DNA of 64,000 bases, from NCBI GenBank assembly GCA_024407875.1, contig JAKSVT010000004.1:6982-70981 (forward strand). The letters run 5' to 3'. Below are positions 20,396 to 30,489 of this stretch, one piece after another (positions within the stretch are counted from its first letter, which is position 1; every line of letters begins with the position of its first letter). The notes under the pieces are model-generated. The model was not told the DNA's origin. It saw only the letters and a program-made list of their open reading frames with translations, and did not search any database. Position numbers and translations under genes: made by a program. Source of the stretch: Alphaproteobacteria bacterium. Its GTDB lineage: Bacteria > Pseudomonadota > Alphaproteobacteria > CAAGCB01 > CAG-977.

Positions 20396-23077
20396 TTAGA
20401 AAATTGTACCAATATCAGGAACGTTATCTTCAAAACTTTCTGTTGTTTGGTGAACAGAAATTCCTTGTTCAATAGAATCTTCAGTAGATGCATCAGAAAC
20501 GAAAATATCAGTTCCTTCTGTACCATCAATATATCCACCTTTTAATTTTCCTTGCCAATCTTCTCCAGATTTAAAGGCTTCTAAAACAACATCTTTATCT
20601 GAACCTTGAGCAGGTCTTCCTGTTTTATGGTTAACTCTCGCTAATCTGATGCCATTAGGTACACGGAAAGGAATTAAAGCTTCATTCTTTAAAGCTAAAT
20701 CAACAAAGTGTTTGAATATAGGACTTGCAATTGTGCCACCTGTATCATGTTGACCCAAGGTTCTTGGTTCATCAAATCCAATAAATATAGCAACAACCAA
20801 GTCTGGTGTTACACCCACAAACCAACCATCTAAAGAATTATTTGATGTTCCTGTCTTACCTGCATATGTTCTTCCTAATCTTCTCAAATTAGAAGCTGAA
20901 CCACCAGGTTGTAAAACACCTGTTAAAATATTGATAATTTGATATGCACTTCTAGGATCTTCTATTTGTTCTCTTATATCTTGGATTTTTGGAGACTTAG
21001 AACTCTTATATTTTATATATCTGCAATTTGGACAAGGTCTTGAATCTGAATTATATACAGTCATACCTGTTCTATCTGTAATCCTATCAATCAATATAGG
21101 ACTAATTTTTTTACCACCATTTACAAGCATACCATAAGCGTTTGCTAAATTTAGCACTGTAGTTTCACCGGAGCCTAATGCTACAGACATTTGATGAGGT
21201 AAATCTTCAGATATACCGAATTTCTTCGCATATTCTACAACTTTTCCTATACCAATAGCTCTTGCAACACGAACTGTAATTAAGTTCATAGATTTTTCAA
21301 TACCAACACGCAAGGTAGTTGGGCCATGGAACCTATTTGAAAAATTCTTAGGCTTCCATTTTCCAAGTCCTGGCCCTTGATCCATCACAAAAGGAGCATC
21401 AAGAACTAACGATGATGGTGTAAAACCTTCATCTAAAGCCGCCAAATAAATAAATGGTTTGAATGAAGATCCAGGTTGTCTTTTTGCTTGAGTTGCACGA
21501 TTAAATTGAGACTTTTTAAATGAATAGCCTCCAACCATTGATAATACTCTACCTGTATGAGGATTTAACACAACCATAGCACCTTCAACTGCAGGTATTT
21601 GATTTAAAGCGTATGTATTTTCCGGATAATCCTCACCTTTTGCATCCTTTTTAACTAAAGAAACAAAAATCACATCACCACGTTTTAATACATCCTTAGC
21701 ATTTCTAATTTCTGGTCCTAAAGTTTGATCAGAGGTAATATCCTTTCTTGCCCACTTTAATTCAGCTAATGGGATTTTTCCTGTTGTATTGTCTGTAAAG
21801 CCAATTTCAACTTCTTCTTTTTGTACATTTAATACTAAAGCAACTCGCCAATTCTTAGGTATATAAACTGGAGCCTTAATTTCTTCTAATGGAGCAACCC
21901 ATTTTTCATTCGGTACCTTTTCTTCAACAACTTCTTCGTTTTCAGCAACTTCTTCATCATCGCTATCTTCATCTTTTGCATCTTCTTTCTTAGGTTCTTC
22001 TTTATCCTGAACTACATCAGGAATAGCATCTATATCAATATTAGCAAAAGCGCCACGATATCCATGTCTACGATCATATTCTATCAATCCATTTCTTAAA
22101 GCAATAGAAGCAAATTTTTGCATTTCTGGATCAACTGTTGTCATAACAGCAAGGCCACCTTTATACAAAGCATCTTCACCATATTTTGAAACCAACAATC
22201 TTCTTACTTCTTCAGCAAAATACTCACCTTCTTCAACTTTTTCAGAACTTGATCTTTTAACTACTGTAATAGGTTGTTCAATTTCAGCTTTATACTGTTC
22301 TTCAGTAATTGCTTCATCTTCTAACATTCTTGACAAAACCCAATTACGACGTTTAATTGCTTCGTCGTATTTTTTATCAGGGTCGTAGTTATTAGGACCT
22401 TTAGGCAAAGCTGCTAAAAAAGCACATTCAGAAATAGTCAATTCATCTAAAGATTTATTAAAATAATTTAAAGCTGCAGCAGCTACACCATAAGAATAAT
22501 GTCCCAAATAAATTTGGTTTAAATACAACTCCATAATATATTCTTTAGAAAAGGCTCTTTCTATACGAACAGCAAGAATAGCTTCTTTAATTTTACGTTC
22601 AAAAGATTCTTCATTCGTTAATAAGAAATTCTTTGCTACTTGTTGTGTAATAGTTGAAGCACCAATCATACGACGGCCTTTGCCAGCATAACGTAAATTT
22701 TGGAAGACAGCTCGGATAATACCAACAAAGTCAACACCGCCATGTGAGAAGAATTTTTTATCTTCAGCAGAAATAAATGATTTTACTAAAATTTCTGGAA
22801 TTGTCTCATAAGGAACAAATGCTCTTTTTTCTGTTGCATATTCTGCTAATAAATGTCCATCACTTGCATATAAACGACTTGTAATAGGAGGTTCGTAAAG
22901 CGCTAATTGTCTATAATCAGGCACTGATCTTCCAAAATGAGAAAAGATTAATAAGCAAACTATTAAGCCTAAAATAACCATAAGCAAAGCATAGCTAAAC
23001 AATGTAGAAACCATTCTAGCCATTGCATTTTCACTTTTTTCTTCTCTTTTTAACATTTCTTTTAAAAATTTAAACAT
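20396..23077 (-). CDS. mrcA: Penicillin-binding protein 1A (bifunctional glycosyltransferase/transpeptidase)
   Basis: GT51 motifs ('EDKKFF', 'GASTITQQ'), transpeptidase 'SSFKP'; 893 aa. Confidence 0.9.
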   Translation of the reverse strand: MFKFLKEMLKREEKSENAMARMVSTLFSYALLMVILGLIVCLLIFSHFGRSVPDYRQLALYEPPITSRLYASDGHLLAEYATEKRAFVPYETIPEILVKSFISAEDKKFFSHGGVDFVGIIRAVFQNLRYAGKGRRMIGASTITQQVAKNFLLTNEESFERKIKEAILAVRIERAFSKEYIMELYLNQIYLGHYSYGVAAAALNYFNKSLDELTISECAFLAALPKGPNNYDPDKKYDEAIKRRNWVLSRMLEDEAITEEQYKAEIEQPITVVKRSSSEKVEEGEYFAEEVRRLLVSKYGEDALYKGGLAVMTTVDPEMQKFASIALRNGLIEYDRRHGYRGAFANIDIDAIPDVVQDKEEPKKEDAKDEDSDDEEVAENEEVVEEKVPNEKWVAPLEEIKAPVYIPKNWRVALVLNVQKEEVEIGFTDNTTGKIPLAELKWARKDITSDQTLGPEIRNAKDVLKRGDVIFVSLVKKDAKGEDYPENTYALNQIPAVEGAMVVLNPHTGRVLSMVGGYSFKKSQFNRATQAKRQPGSSFKPFIYLAALDEGFTPSSLVLDAPFVMDQGPGLGKWKPKNFSNRFHGPTTLRVGIEKSMNLITVRVARAIGIGKVVEYAKKFGISEDLPHQMSVALGSGETTVLNLANAYGMLVNGGKKISPILIDRITDRTGMTVYNSDSRPCPNCRYIKYKSSKSPKIQDIREQIEDPRSAYQIINILTGVLQPGGSASNLRRLGRTYAGKTGTSNNSLDGWFVGVTPDLVVAIFIGFDEPRTLGQHDTGGTIASPIFKHFVDLALKNEALIPFRVPNGIRLARVNHKTGRPAQGSDKDVVLEAFKSGEDWQGKLKGGYIDGTEGTDIFVSDASTEDSIEQGISVHQTTESFEDNVPDIGTIF

Positions 23078-23101
23078 CGCTTCAACCTACGATTTACATT
23101 C

Positions 23102-24472
23102 TTAATAAATATGACGATTTTCAAAATAATAATCTATTGCTCTTACTATTAAAGATGCCAATTTTTCTCTATACCATGATTGTTTTAATAATTTTTCTTC
23201 TTCTCTATTTGAAAGGAATCCCATTTCAACCAAAGCCGATGGAACACCAGGATCTTTTAAAACAGCAAAACCCGCAAACTTATGAGCATTAGACGATAAT
23301 AATTTAACAGATCCATCCTGTTTCAATTCATCAACAACAGCATCAGCAAATTGAACAGAATAATTCAAAGTTTCTCTTTGTGCTAAAGATAATAAAATAT
23401 CCTGAACTTCTTTTGTATTATTACCAAAATCAACACCATTAATTATATCGGCTCTATTTTCACGTTCAGCTAACTTTTCCGCTTCCTTATCTGATGCCTT
23501 ATCTGAAACTGTATAAATTGAAAAACCTCTTGCATCAGACCTTCTAGTTGAATCTGCATGAATAGAAATAAACAAATCAGCATTTTGCTTTTTAGCGAAC
23601 ATACGTCTATCGTACAAAGGAATAAACACATCTGTTTCTCTAGTAAGCAAAATTTTATATTTACCTGAGCGTTCTAATATATTTCTTATTTGTTTTGCCA
23701 TAGACAATGTAATATTTTTTTCAAATACTCCAGATACTCCTAATGCACCAGGATCTACGCCTCCATGACCAGCATCAATAACAACAATTTGTTTTTGAGA
23801 TTTTTCAGTTTTTGGCTTCGTTTTCGCGTATTTAGGAGCTGGATAATATTCAACTTTTTTCTCAGGTTTAGCAACTTTTAAAGGTGCATAATTATTTGCT
23901 GCTTTAGGATTTGCCTTTGGGTATTCCTGAGTTTTAGGCTTTACAGGCTCTTCAATATTAATTGCTTGACTTACAAGTTGATCTAAAGTTTTAGCTGGAC
24001 TTTGACCTATTTTTGTATCAATAACTAATCTATGTCCAAAATTACCTGACGGTTTTAAAGCAAAATCTCTTGAAATAAAAACAGGACTATCAAATTCTAC
24101 AACAATTCTAGTTCCATTATCGGTATTACTTGAACGAATATCTTTAATAAAATCTTTTTTTTCTATATTTGTTTCGCCACTTACTTTTGCATCATCAAAG
24201 ATGTCAATTACTAGTCTATTCGGCTGTGTCAAAGTAAATGCTTTATATCTACTTTCCTCAGATAAATCAAATACCACACGAGCTATATCGTCTGTTGACT
24301 TTGCACCAACTCTAATACCTGATACACTATTTGCATATGATATATTTGTAAAAATCAACGAAAGCAAACAAAACAAACTTGGAATAATAAACCTCTTTAT
24401 TCCAATCAATTTTGTAAAAGCAACAATGTTTTTTATTCTAAAAACCATTATTCTTACCGAAATTTTATGCAT
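23102..24472 (-). CDS. amiC: N-acetylmuramoyl-L-alanine amidase (AmiC-type, AMIN domain plus Amidase_3)
   Basis: AMIN domain ('GIRVGAKS..RVVFDL') followed by 'IDAGHGG.DPGA' amidase_3; the start may be an internal Met. Confidence 0.8.
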   Translation of the reverse strand: MHKISVRIMVFRIKNIVAFTKLIGIKRFIIPSLFCLLSLIFTNISYANSVSGIRVGAKSTDDIARVVFDLSEESRYKAFTLTQPNRLVIDIFDDAKVSGETNIEKKDFIKDIRSSNTDNGTRIVVEFDSPVFISRDFALKPSGNFGHRLVIDTKIGQSPAKTLDQLVSQAINIEEPVKPKTQEYPKANPKAANNYAPLKVAKPEKKVEYYPAPKYAKTKPKTEKSQKQIVVIDAGHGGVDPGALGVSGVFEKNITLSMAKQIRNILERSGKYKILLTRETDVFIPLYDRRMFAKKQNADLFISIHADSTRRSDARGFSIYTVSDKASDKEAEKLAERENRADIINGVDFGNNTKEVQDILLSLAQRETLNYSVQFADAVVDELKQDGSVKLLSSNAHKFAGFAVLKDPGVPSALVEMGFLSNREEEKLLKQSWYREKLASLIVRAIDYYFENRHIY

Positions 24473-24798
24473 AAATATCTATATATGTAAAAAAATATCA
24501 TTAAAATATTAAAAAACAATTGTTTTTTGTTAAAAGTTGATTATTGTTATACCGTTATCTTTAATATTTTAATTTCAAAAAAACTTTTTATTAATAAATG
24601 AATTTTAAAATATGCAGGTAATCTCAACAGTTTTCTGATGGGCTTTTTTGGATTCAATTTTTTTATAGGCTATAAGAACAGTGCAAGTTTTCAGTTCATA
24701 TAATTCAAAAAGAATGCCGGTTTTATCTAATAATTGTCCATATTTAATCAATTTATCGGAACATAATTACATTTCCGATTTTAGGAGTTTTAACATTT

Positions 24799-27081
24799 AT
24801 GTCAAAAAAGATGCTTATCGATGCAAATCACATCGAGGAAAAACGTGTAGTCATTATAGACGGAACGAAAGTTGATGAATTAGATATCGAATCTTCAACA
24901 AAAAAACAAATTAAGTCAAATATCTATTTAGCAAAAGTTGCTCGTATTGAACCTTCATTACAAGCTGCATTTGTTGATTACGGTGGCAACAGACATGGTT
25001 TTTTACCTTTCAATGAAATTCATCCAGATTATTACAAAATTCCTGTTGCTGACAGAGAAGAATTAACACAAATAGTAAATCAAGAATATGAACGTGTTAA
25101 AGAAAGAGATGCTCATGAAGATGATAATTCTGAACAATCTTCAGAAAATAATGGTGGTGATGTAGAAACAGTTTCTTTGAATGAAGCTGATGAGTTTTCT
25201 CATTCACATATTCGTTTAAACAAACGTTATAAAATCCAAGAAGTTATATTCCCTGGGCAAGTATTATTAGTTCAAGTTGTTAAAGAGGAACGTGGAAACA
25301 AAGGCGCTGCTCTTACAACATATTTATCATTGGCTGGTAGATATTGCGTATTAATGCCAAACAATGCAAGAGGCGGTGGTGTCTCAAGAAAGATTACCTC
25401 TGCAGCTGACAGAAAACGCTTGAAAAAAGTTGTAAATAAATTGCCTTTACCAGAAGATATGTCTGTTATCGTAAGAACAGCAGGTAAAGAAAGAACTGCA
25501 TTAGAAATCAAACGCGATTATGACTATTTAATTAAAACTTGGGTACAAATTAGAGATAAAACTATTGTTTCTAATGCTCCAATGTTAATTCATGAAGAAG
25601 GCGATATTATCAAACGTGCTTTACGTGATATGTATACACGTGATATCGAAGAAATCTTAATTGAAGGCGAAGACAATTACAAAGTAGCTAGAGATTTTAT
25701 GAAAGTACTTTCTCCAAGTCATGCTAAAAAAGTTAAGCTTTACAAGGATGAAAAAATTCCATTATTCATTAGATATCAAGTAGAAGCTCAATTAGAAGCC
25801 TTACACTCAAATATCGTACAATTAAAATCCGGTGCATATTTAGTTATGGATCAAACAGAAGCTTTAGTTGCTATCGATGTTAACTCTGGACGTGCTACAA
25901 AAGAACATAACATTGAAGAAACTGCTTTAAAAACAAACTTAGAAGCTGCTGATGAAATTGGAAGACAATTAAGACTTCGTGATATGGCAGGCATTGTTGT
26001 AGTTGACTTCATTGATATGGAAGAAGCAAAGAACAACCACGCATTAGAAAGAAGAATGAAAGAAGCTTTAAGAAAAGACCGCGCTCGTGTCCAAATGAGC
26101 AAAATTACAGGTTTTGGCTTAATGGAAATTTCTCGTCAACGTATGCATTCAAGCTTTATTGAAACATCATATAGCGTATGCCCACACTGTCGCGGCAAGG
26201 GTATGATTAGATCTACACAATCCGCAACAATCCATACATTACATGTTTTGCAAGAAGAAGCTATTACAGGTCAATATAAAGAATTACATATCACTGTTCC
26301 TACAGATACAGCTTTATATGTTTTGAACTATAAACGTGAAAACATTGCCGCATTAGAAAAGGCTTACAACGTTAAAATCTGTGTTGAAGCAGATAATACA
26401 ATGGCATTCCCTGCTGACTTTAGAATGGAACGTGTTTTAAGAAGTCCTGAAGAAATGTTAGCACTTGCAAACAAAGAAGCTGAAGAAGCCGAAGCAGCTA
26501 AGAAAGAAAAAGTTGTTGAAGAAAAAGCTCCTAAAAAACGTGGCAGAAAATCAAAAAAAGATATTGAAACTGAACAAGAAAATTTAGAAAATCAAAATGA
26601 AGAATTAAATATCGAAAAGAATGAAGAAATTTTCGATAATGAAGAACTTCTTAACAATGATGAAAATGAATTCGAAGAAGAAAACAATAATCATCATAAC
26701 AAAAAAGAGAAATTTAAAAAGAAATCTCGTAAACAGAAATTTTCTAAGAAAAAGCATCATGATCAAACAGAAGAATTTGATGAAAATTCTCAAAACGAAG
26801 AGAGTTTTTCTGATGAAAATTCTGAAGAAGAAGTTATTAATGCTGATGAAGTTTTTGAAGAAGGACTTCAAAAAAATAATTATGAAAACTCTAATGATGA
26901 AGAAAATTCTGAAGAATTTAATGAAAATTCTGATGAAGAAAGTGACGATGGCGAAAACCATGAAAATAAGCATCATAGAGGACATAGAGATCGCAGATTT
27001 GGAAGAAATCGTTGGAGAAAGCGTTTTCACCATCATAAAAAACACTTTGAAAACAACGAAAACTCAGAAAATCAAGAATAG
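24799..27081 (+). CDS. rne: Ribonuclease E
   Basis: S1 domain, DNase I-like catalytic core and Zn-link 'CPHCRGKG'. The C-terminal ~200 aa form a K/E/N/H-rich low-complexity tail. A 326-nt 5' leader precedes the gene. Confidence 0.9.
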   Translation: MSKKMLIDANHIEEKRVVIIDGTKVDELDIESSTKKQIKSNIYLAKVARIEPSLQAAFVDYGGNRHGFLPFNEIHPDYYKIPVADREELTQIVNQEYERVKERDAHEDDNSEQSSENNGGDVETVSLNEADEFSHSHIRLNKRYKIQEVIFPGQVLLVQVVKEERGNKGAALTTYLSLAGRYCVLMPNNARGGGVSRKITSAADRKRLKKVVNKLPLPEDMSVIVRTAGKERTALEIKRDYDYLIKTWVQIRDKTIVSNAPMLIHEEGDIIKRALRDMYTRDIEEILIEGEDNYKVARDFMKVLSPSHAKKVKLYKDEKIPLFIRYQVEAQLEALHSNIVQLKSGAYLVMDQTEALVAIDVNSGRATKEHNIEETALKTNLEAADEIGRQLRLRDMAGIVVVDFIDMEEAKNNHALERRMKEALRKDRARVQMSKITGFGLMEISRQRMHSSFIETSYSVCPHCRGKGMIRSTQSATIHTLHVLQEEAITGQYKELHITVPTDTALYVLNYKRENIAALEKAYNVKICVEADNTMAFPADFRMERVLRSPEEMLALANKEAEEAEAAKKEKVVEEKAPKKRGRKSKKDIETEQENLENQNEELNIEKNEEIFDNEELLNNDENEFEEENNNHHNKKEKFKKKSRKQKFSKKKHHDQTEEFDENSQNEESFSDENSEEEVINADEVFEEGLQKNNYENSNDEENSEEFNENSDEESDDGENHENKHHRGHRDRRFGRNRWRKRFHHHKKHFENNENSENQE

Positions 27082-27087
27082 ATAATT

Positions 27088-27115
27088 AAGGCGGAATTAA
27101 ATTCCGCCTTTTTTA
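27088..27115. terminator. Rho-independent terminator (bidirectional, between convergent genes)
   Basis: AAGGCGGAATT/AATTCCGCCTT perfect stem, then TTTTT. Confidence 0.8.
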
Positions 27116-27154
27116 TTTATTTAAATTACATTATGTAAATAAAGACTTATCAAA

Positions 27155-28627
27155 TTAGTCTCTTCCAAACAAATCTCTAGTATAAACCTTTTTCTTAACA
27201 TCATCTAATGAAGCATCGTACCTATTTGCTAAAATAGCTTGAGATTTTTTCTTAAACTCATTTAAATCATTAACCACTTTACTGCCAAAGAAAGTTGTTC
27301 CATTAGGTAATGTTGGTTCATAAATAATAACCGTTGCCCCTTTAGCTTTAATACGCTTCATTACACCTTGAATACTGCTTTGACGGAAATTATCTGAATT
27401 ACTCTTCATTGTTAAACGATATACACCAATTACGCATTCTTTTTCATTTTCAGCACTATATTCGTTTTCATTTGCATAACTATAATATCCTGCAATATTT
27501 AAAACCTGATTTGCAATAAAGTCTTTTCTTGTTCTATTACTTTCAACAATAGCTTGAATTAAATTTTCAGGAACATCTTCAAAGTTAGCTAAAAGTTGTT
27601 TTGTATCTTTGGGCAAGCAATAACCACCATAACCAAAACTTGGATTATTATAGTGAGAACCAATTCTAGGATCTAAACAAACGCCTTTAATAATATCTTG
27701 AGTATTTAGTCCCTTCATTTCAGCATAAGTATCTAATTCGTTAAAATAAGATACTCTTAAAGCTAAATAAGTATTTGCAAACAACTTAACAGCTTCTGCC
27801 TCTGTAAAGCTCATAAACAATGTATCGATATTTTGTTTAACAGCACCTTGTTGTAGCAAACTTGCAAAAATATATGCTTTTTCTTTTGTTTTTTCATCGC
27901 AAGAAACAATAATTCTTGAAGGATATAAGTTATCATATAATGCTTTTGATTCACGCAAGAATTCAGGACTAAAAATGATATTTTCAGAATTATATTTCTT
28001 GCGTACGCTTTCTGTATACCCTACTGGAATAGTTGATTTAATAACCATTATAGCTTTAGGGTTTACTTTTAATACTAATTCAATAACAGCTTCAACTGCT
28101 GATGTATCAAAAAAGTTTTTTTGAGCATCATAATTTGTAGGAGCTGCAATAACTACAAAATCAGCATTTTTATAAGCAGCTTCCCCATCTAAAGTTGCTG
28201 TTAAATCTAGATCTTTTTCAGATAAGTATTTTTCAATATATTCGTCTTGAATTGGAGATTTTCTATTATTAATTAAATCAACTTTTTCAGGAACAATATC
28301 TACAGCCATTACGTGATTATGCTGAGCTAATAAAGTTGCAATAGAAAGACCTACATAACCAGTTCCTGCGACAGCTACATTATATTTTTTTAAATTAATC
28401 TCTTCTTTTTTATTTTCTTCTAAAAACAAATCTGTAATATCAAAGCCTAAAACTACTGATAGCTTTTCTAATTGTTCAATTGTTGGAACATAATCCTTTT
28501 TTTCAATTCTACTAATCATAGTTCTATGAATTCCAGTATCTTTAGATAACTGTTCCATAGTAATTTTCTTTGATTTTCTTAATTCATTTACTGTCTGAGA
28601 TAATTTTGAAACTGATAATTTTTTCAT
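27155..28627 (-). CDS. ugd: UDP-glucose 6-dehydrogenase with N-terminal XRE-type HTH extension
   Basis: Residues ~85–490 align with Ugd ('[16 protein letters not shown]', catalytic 'GGYCLPKD'). Residues ~15–75 form an HTH_3-like motif ('[22 protein letters not shown]'). The ORF is continuous from the ATG at 28627. Confidence 0.7.
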   Translation of the reverse strand: MKKLSVSKLSQTVNELRKSKKITMEQLSKDTGIHRTMISRIEKKDYVPTIEQLEKLSVVLGFDITDLFLEENKKEEINLKKYNVAVAGTGYVGLSIATLLAQHNHVMAVDIVPEKVDLINNRKSPIQDEYIEKYLSEKDLDLTATLDGEAAYKNADFVVIAAPTNYDAQKNFFDTSAVEAVIELVLKVNPKAIMVIKSTIPVGYTESVRKKYNSENIIFSPEFLRESKALYDNLYPSRIIVSCDEKTKEKAYIFASLLQQGAVKQNIDTLFMSFTEAEAVKLFANTYLALRVSYFNELDTYAEMKGLNTQDIIKGVCLDPRIGSHYNNPSFGYGGYCLPKDTKQLLANFEDVPENLIQAIVESNRTRKDFIANQVLNIAGYYSYANENEYSAENEKECVIGVYRLTMKSNSDNFRQSSIQGVMKRIKAKGATVIIYEPTLPNGTTFFGSKVVNDLNEFKKKSQAILANRYDASLDDVKKKVYTRDLFGRD

Positions 28628-28711
28628 AACAATCGCCTTTAATGTTATTTTAAATTACATTTTTATAACATTTTACAATTTTTATGTCAATAAGTTATTA
28701 TTTGTGTTATT

Positions 28712-29104
28712 TTAAATCACATTTAATCTATTATCAGCTTTAATCTGAAACTTTTCACTAAATACTATAAATCTTTCATGAATGCCACTAGCTATTCTTG
28801 ATTGATTATCAAAAGCTTCAAATTCAAAAGTTAGCTTTCTTTCCTCTATTTTTACTAACTTTGTTTTACATATTATTTTTCCATTAATTGGAGTTGGCGC
28901 TTCATGATTAAAATTTACAAAAGTTCCAACACTTGTTTGATCCTTTTCTAAAAAATTAGAAATGCTTTTCCATGCTGTTTCCTCAACAAATGCTAAAAGC
29001 ATTGGCGTTGATAAAACATCCAAAGTTCCACTTCCAATATTTCTTGCACTATATTCTTTCTTTACAACGTAATTACTTTCTCCAATTATTCCTACTTCTA
29101 GCAC
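28712..29104 (-). CDS. Hotdog-fold thioesterase-like protein
   Basis: 130 aa; 'GSGTLDVLSTPMLLAFVE' resembles thioesterase-superfamily cores. Confidence 0.4.
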   Translation of the reverse strand: MLEVGIIGESNYVVKKEYSARNIGSGTLDVLSTPMLLAFVEETAWKSISNFLEKDQTSVGTFVNFNHEAPTPINGKIICKTKLVKIEERKLTFEFEAFDNQSRIASGIHERFIVFSEKFQIKADNRLNVI

Positions 29105-29125
29105 TTTCTTTCTCCATTTTTTGTA

Positions 29126-29153
29126 TAAAAAAAGCAGGATTAAACAACCCTGC
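29126..29153 (-). terminator. Rho-independent terminator downstream of nhaA
   Basis: AGCAGG/CCTGCT stem with a 9-nt loop and a U7 tract on the minus-strand transcript. Confidence 0.6.
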
Positions 29154-29179
29154 TCTTTTCAAAATTAATATTCAAATGA

Positions 29180-30409
29180 TTAATCTGCAGTTACAGATTT
29201 AGCACATGGACAAATCTTATATATGATTTTTTGTAATCCACGACCATATTTAAATACAACTGTTGCCCACAAAGCTGACAATACAGAACCACCAATTACG
29301 CCCAAACGAATTGCTTGTTGTAAAGTTTCATCTGTAAATGAAATCTTTCCTACGAACAATGCCATTGTGAAACCAATACCACCTAATACTGAAATTCCAT
29401 AAAGATCCATTTTTGTAACTGTCGCTGGGAACTGACAAACTTTAATCTTCATTAAAGCAAGTGTTGTTGCAAAAATACCAATTTGTTTACCTAAGAATAA
29501 GCCTAAACCTACACCCAAAGTAATTGGATGAACAAATGTTTCACTTGTTACACCACGTAAATCTAATCCGGCACTTGCAAATGCAAACAAAGGTAAAATG
29601 AAGAAGTTTACCCAAGGTGTTACAGCTGCTGATAAACGGTGTAAAGGAGAAGCTTGTGTGCCTTTTACATGCATTGGATAAGCAAAAGCTACAACTACAC
29701 CAGCAATTGTTGTATGAATACCACCATTATAGAAGCATAACCATAATCCGATACCCAATACCAAGTATGGCAAGAAGTTAACAACTTGAGCTTTATTTAA
29801 TAAATATAACAAGGAAATAAAGATGCAAGCATATCCTAACATTGCTAAAGATACGCCTTGTGAATAGAACAAAGCGATAATAACAACTGCACCTAAGTCA
29901 TCTGCAATAGCAATTGCTAAAAGGAACATTTTTGCTGACTTTGGAATATTCTTTGAAACTAATAATAAAACGCATACTGCAAATGCAATATCTGTTGCTG
30001 TTGGAATAGCCCAACCAGCCATAAATTCAGCTTTTCCATGATTCAAAATTGAATACAAAATAGCTGGACAGCAAATACCACCTAGAGCAGCTAAACATGG
30101 AGATAATCTTGATTTAGCGTCTGACATAGATCCTTCTACCATTTCACCCTTTAACTCAAGGCCTACTTGTAAGAAAAAGAATACCATTAAAACGTCATTT
30201 ACCCACCATTCAATGGATTTATTAAAATTAAATTCGCCAACACCTAAGTTTACATTTGTAGCTAATAAGTGTTCAACGCCTTCTTTGATTGGTGTGTTTG
30301 CGCAAATAATTGCTGCAACCATTGCCAAAATCATAATTACACCGCCTGTTGCTTCATTATTCAATAAAGCAGCCAAAGCTTGTTTAAATGTTTTTTTCTC
30401 GGTTGTCAT
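29180..30409 (-). CDS. nhaA: Na+/H+ antiporter NhaA
   Basis: NhaA-family TM topology and conserved aspartates; 409 aa. Confidence 0.8.
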   Translation of the reverse strand: MTTEKKTFKQALAALLNNEATGGVIMILAMVAAIICANTPIKEGVEHLLATNVNLGVGEFNFNKSIEWWVNDVLMVFFFLQVGLELKGEMVEGSMSDAKSRLSPCLAALGGICCPAILYSILNHGKAEFMAGWAIPTATDIAFAVCVLLLVSKNIPKSAKMFLLAIAIADDLGAVVIIALFYSQGVSLAMLGYACIFISLLYLLNKAQVVNFLPYLVLGIGLWLCFYNGGIHTTIAGVVVAFAYPMHVKGTQASPLHRLSAAVTPWVNFFILPLFAFASAGLDLRGVTSETFVHPITLGVGLGLFLGKQIGIFATTLALMKIKVCQFPATVTKMDLYGISVLGGIGFTMALFVGKISFTDETLQQAIRLGVIGGSVLSALWATVVFKYGRGLQKIIYKICPCAKSVTAD

Positions 30410-30489
30410 AAAAAAATGCCCTTAAAAAAATTGTTAAAAATAAAACATATTAGTAATTTTTCGCAAAAAATGGTAAAAAGGTCAAGCTT

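Noticed and set aside
24681-24875. 64-aa ORF overlapping the rne start
   Set aside because: It lies in the rne 5' leader and start region in another frame. The rne ATG at 24799 with the 'TAGGAG' RBS is the supported start.
25272-26102. Antisense ORFs 25272..25511 and 25851..26102 inside rne
   Set aside because: They sit inside the well-supported rne catalytic-domain coding region on the opposite strand, with no independent signals.
26605-27085. Long antisense ORF (146 aa) and alternative-frame ORF (154 aa) over the 3' end of rne
   Set aside because: Both lie entirely within the low-complexity A/G-rich codon run encoding the RNase E tail. Their translations are I/F/K-rich nonsense typical of repeat-induced open frames.
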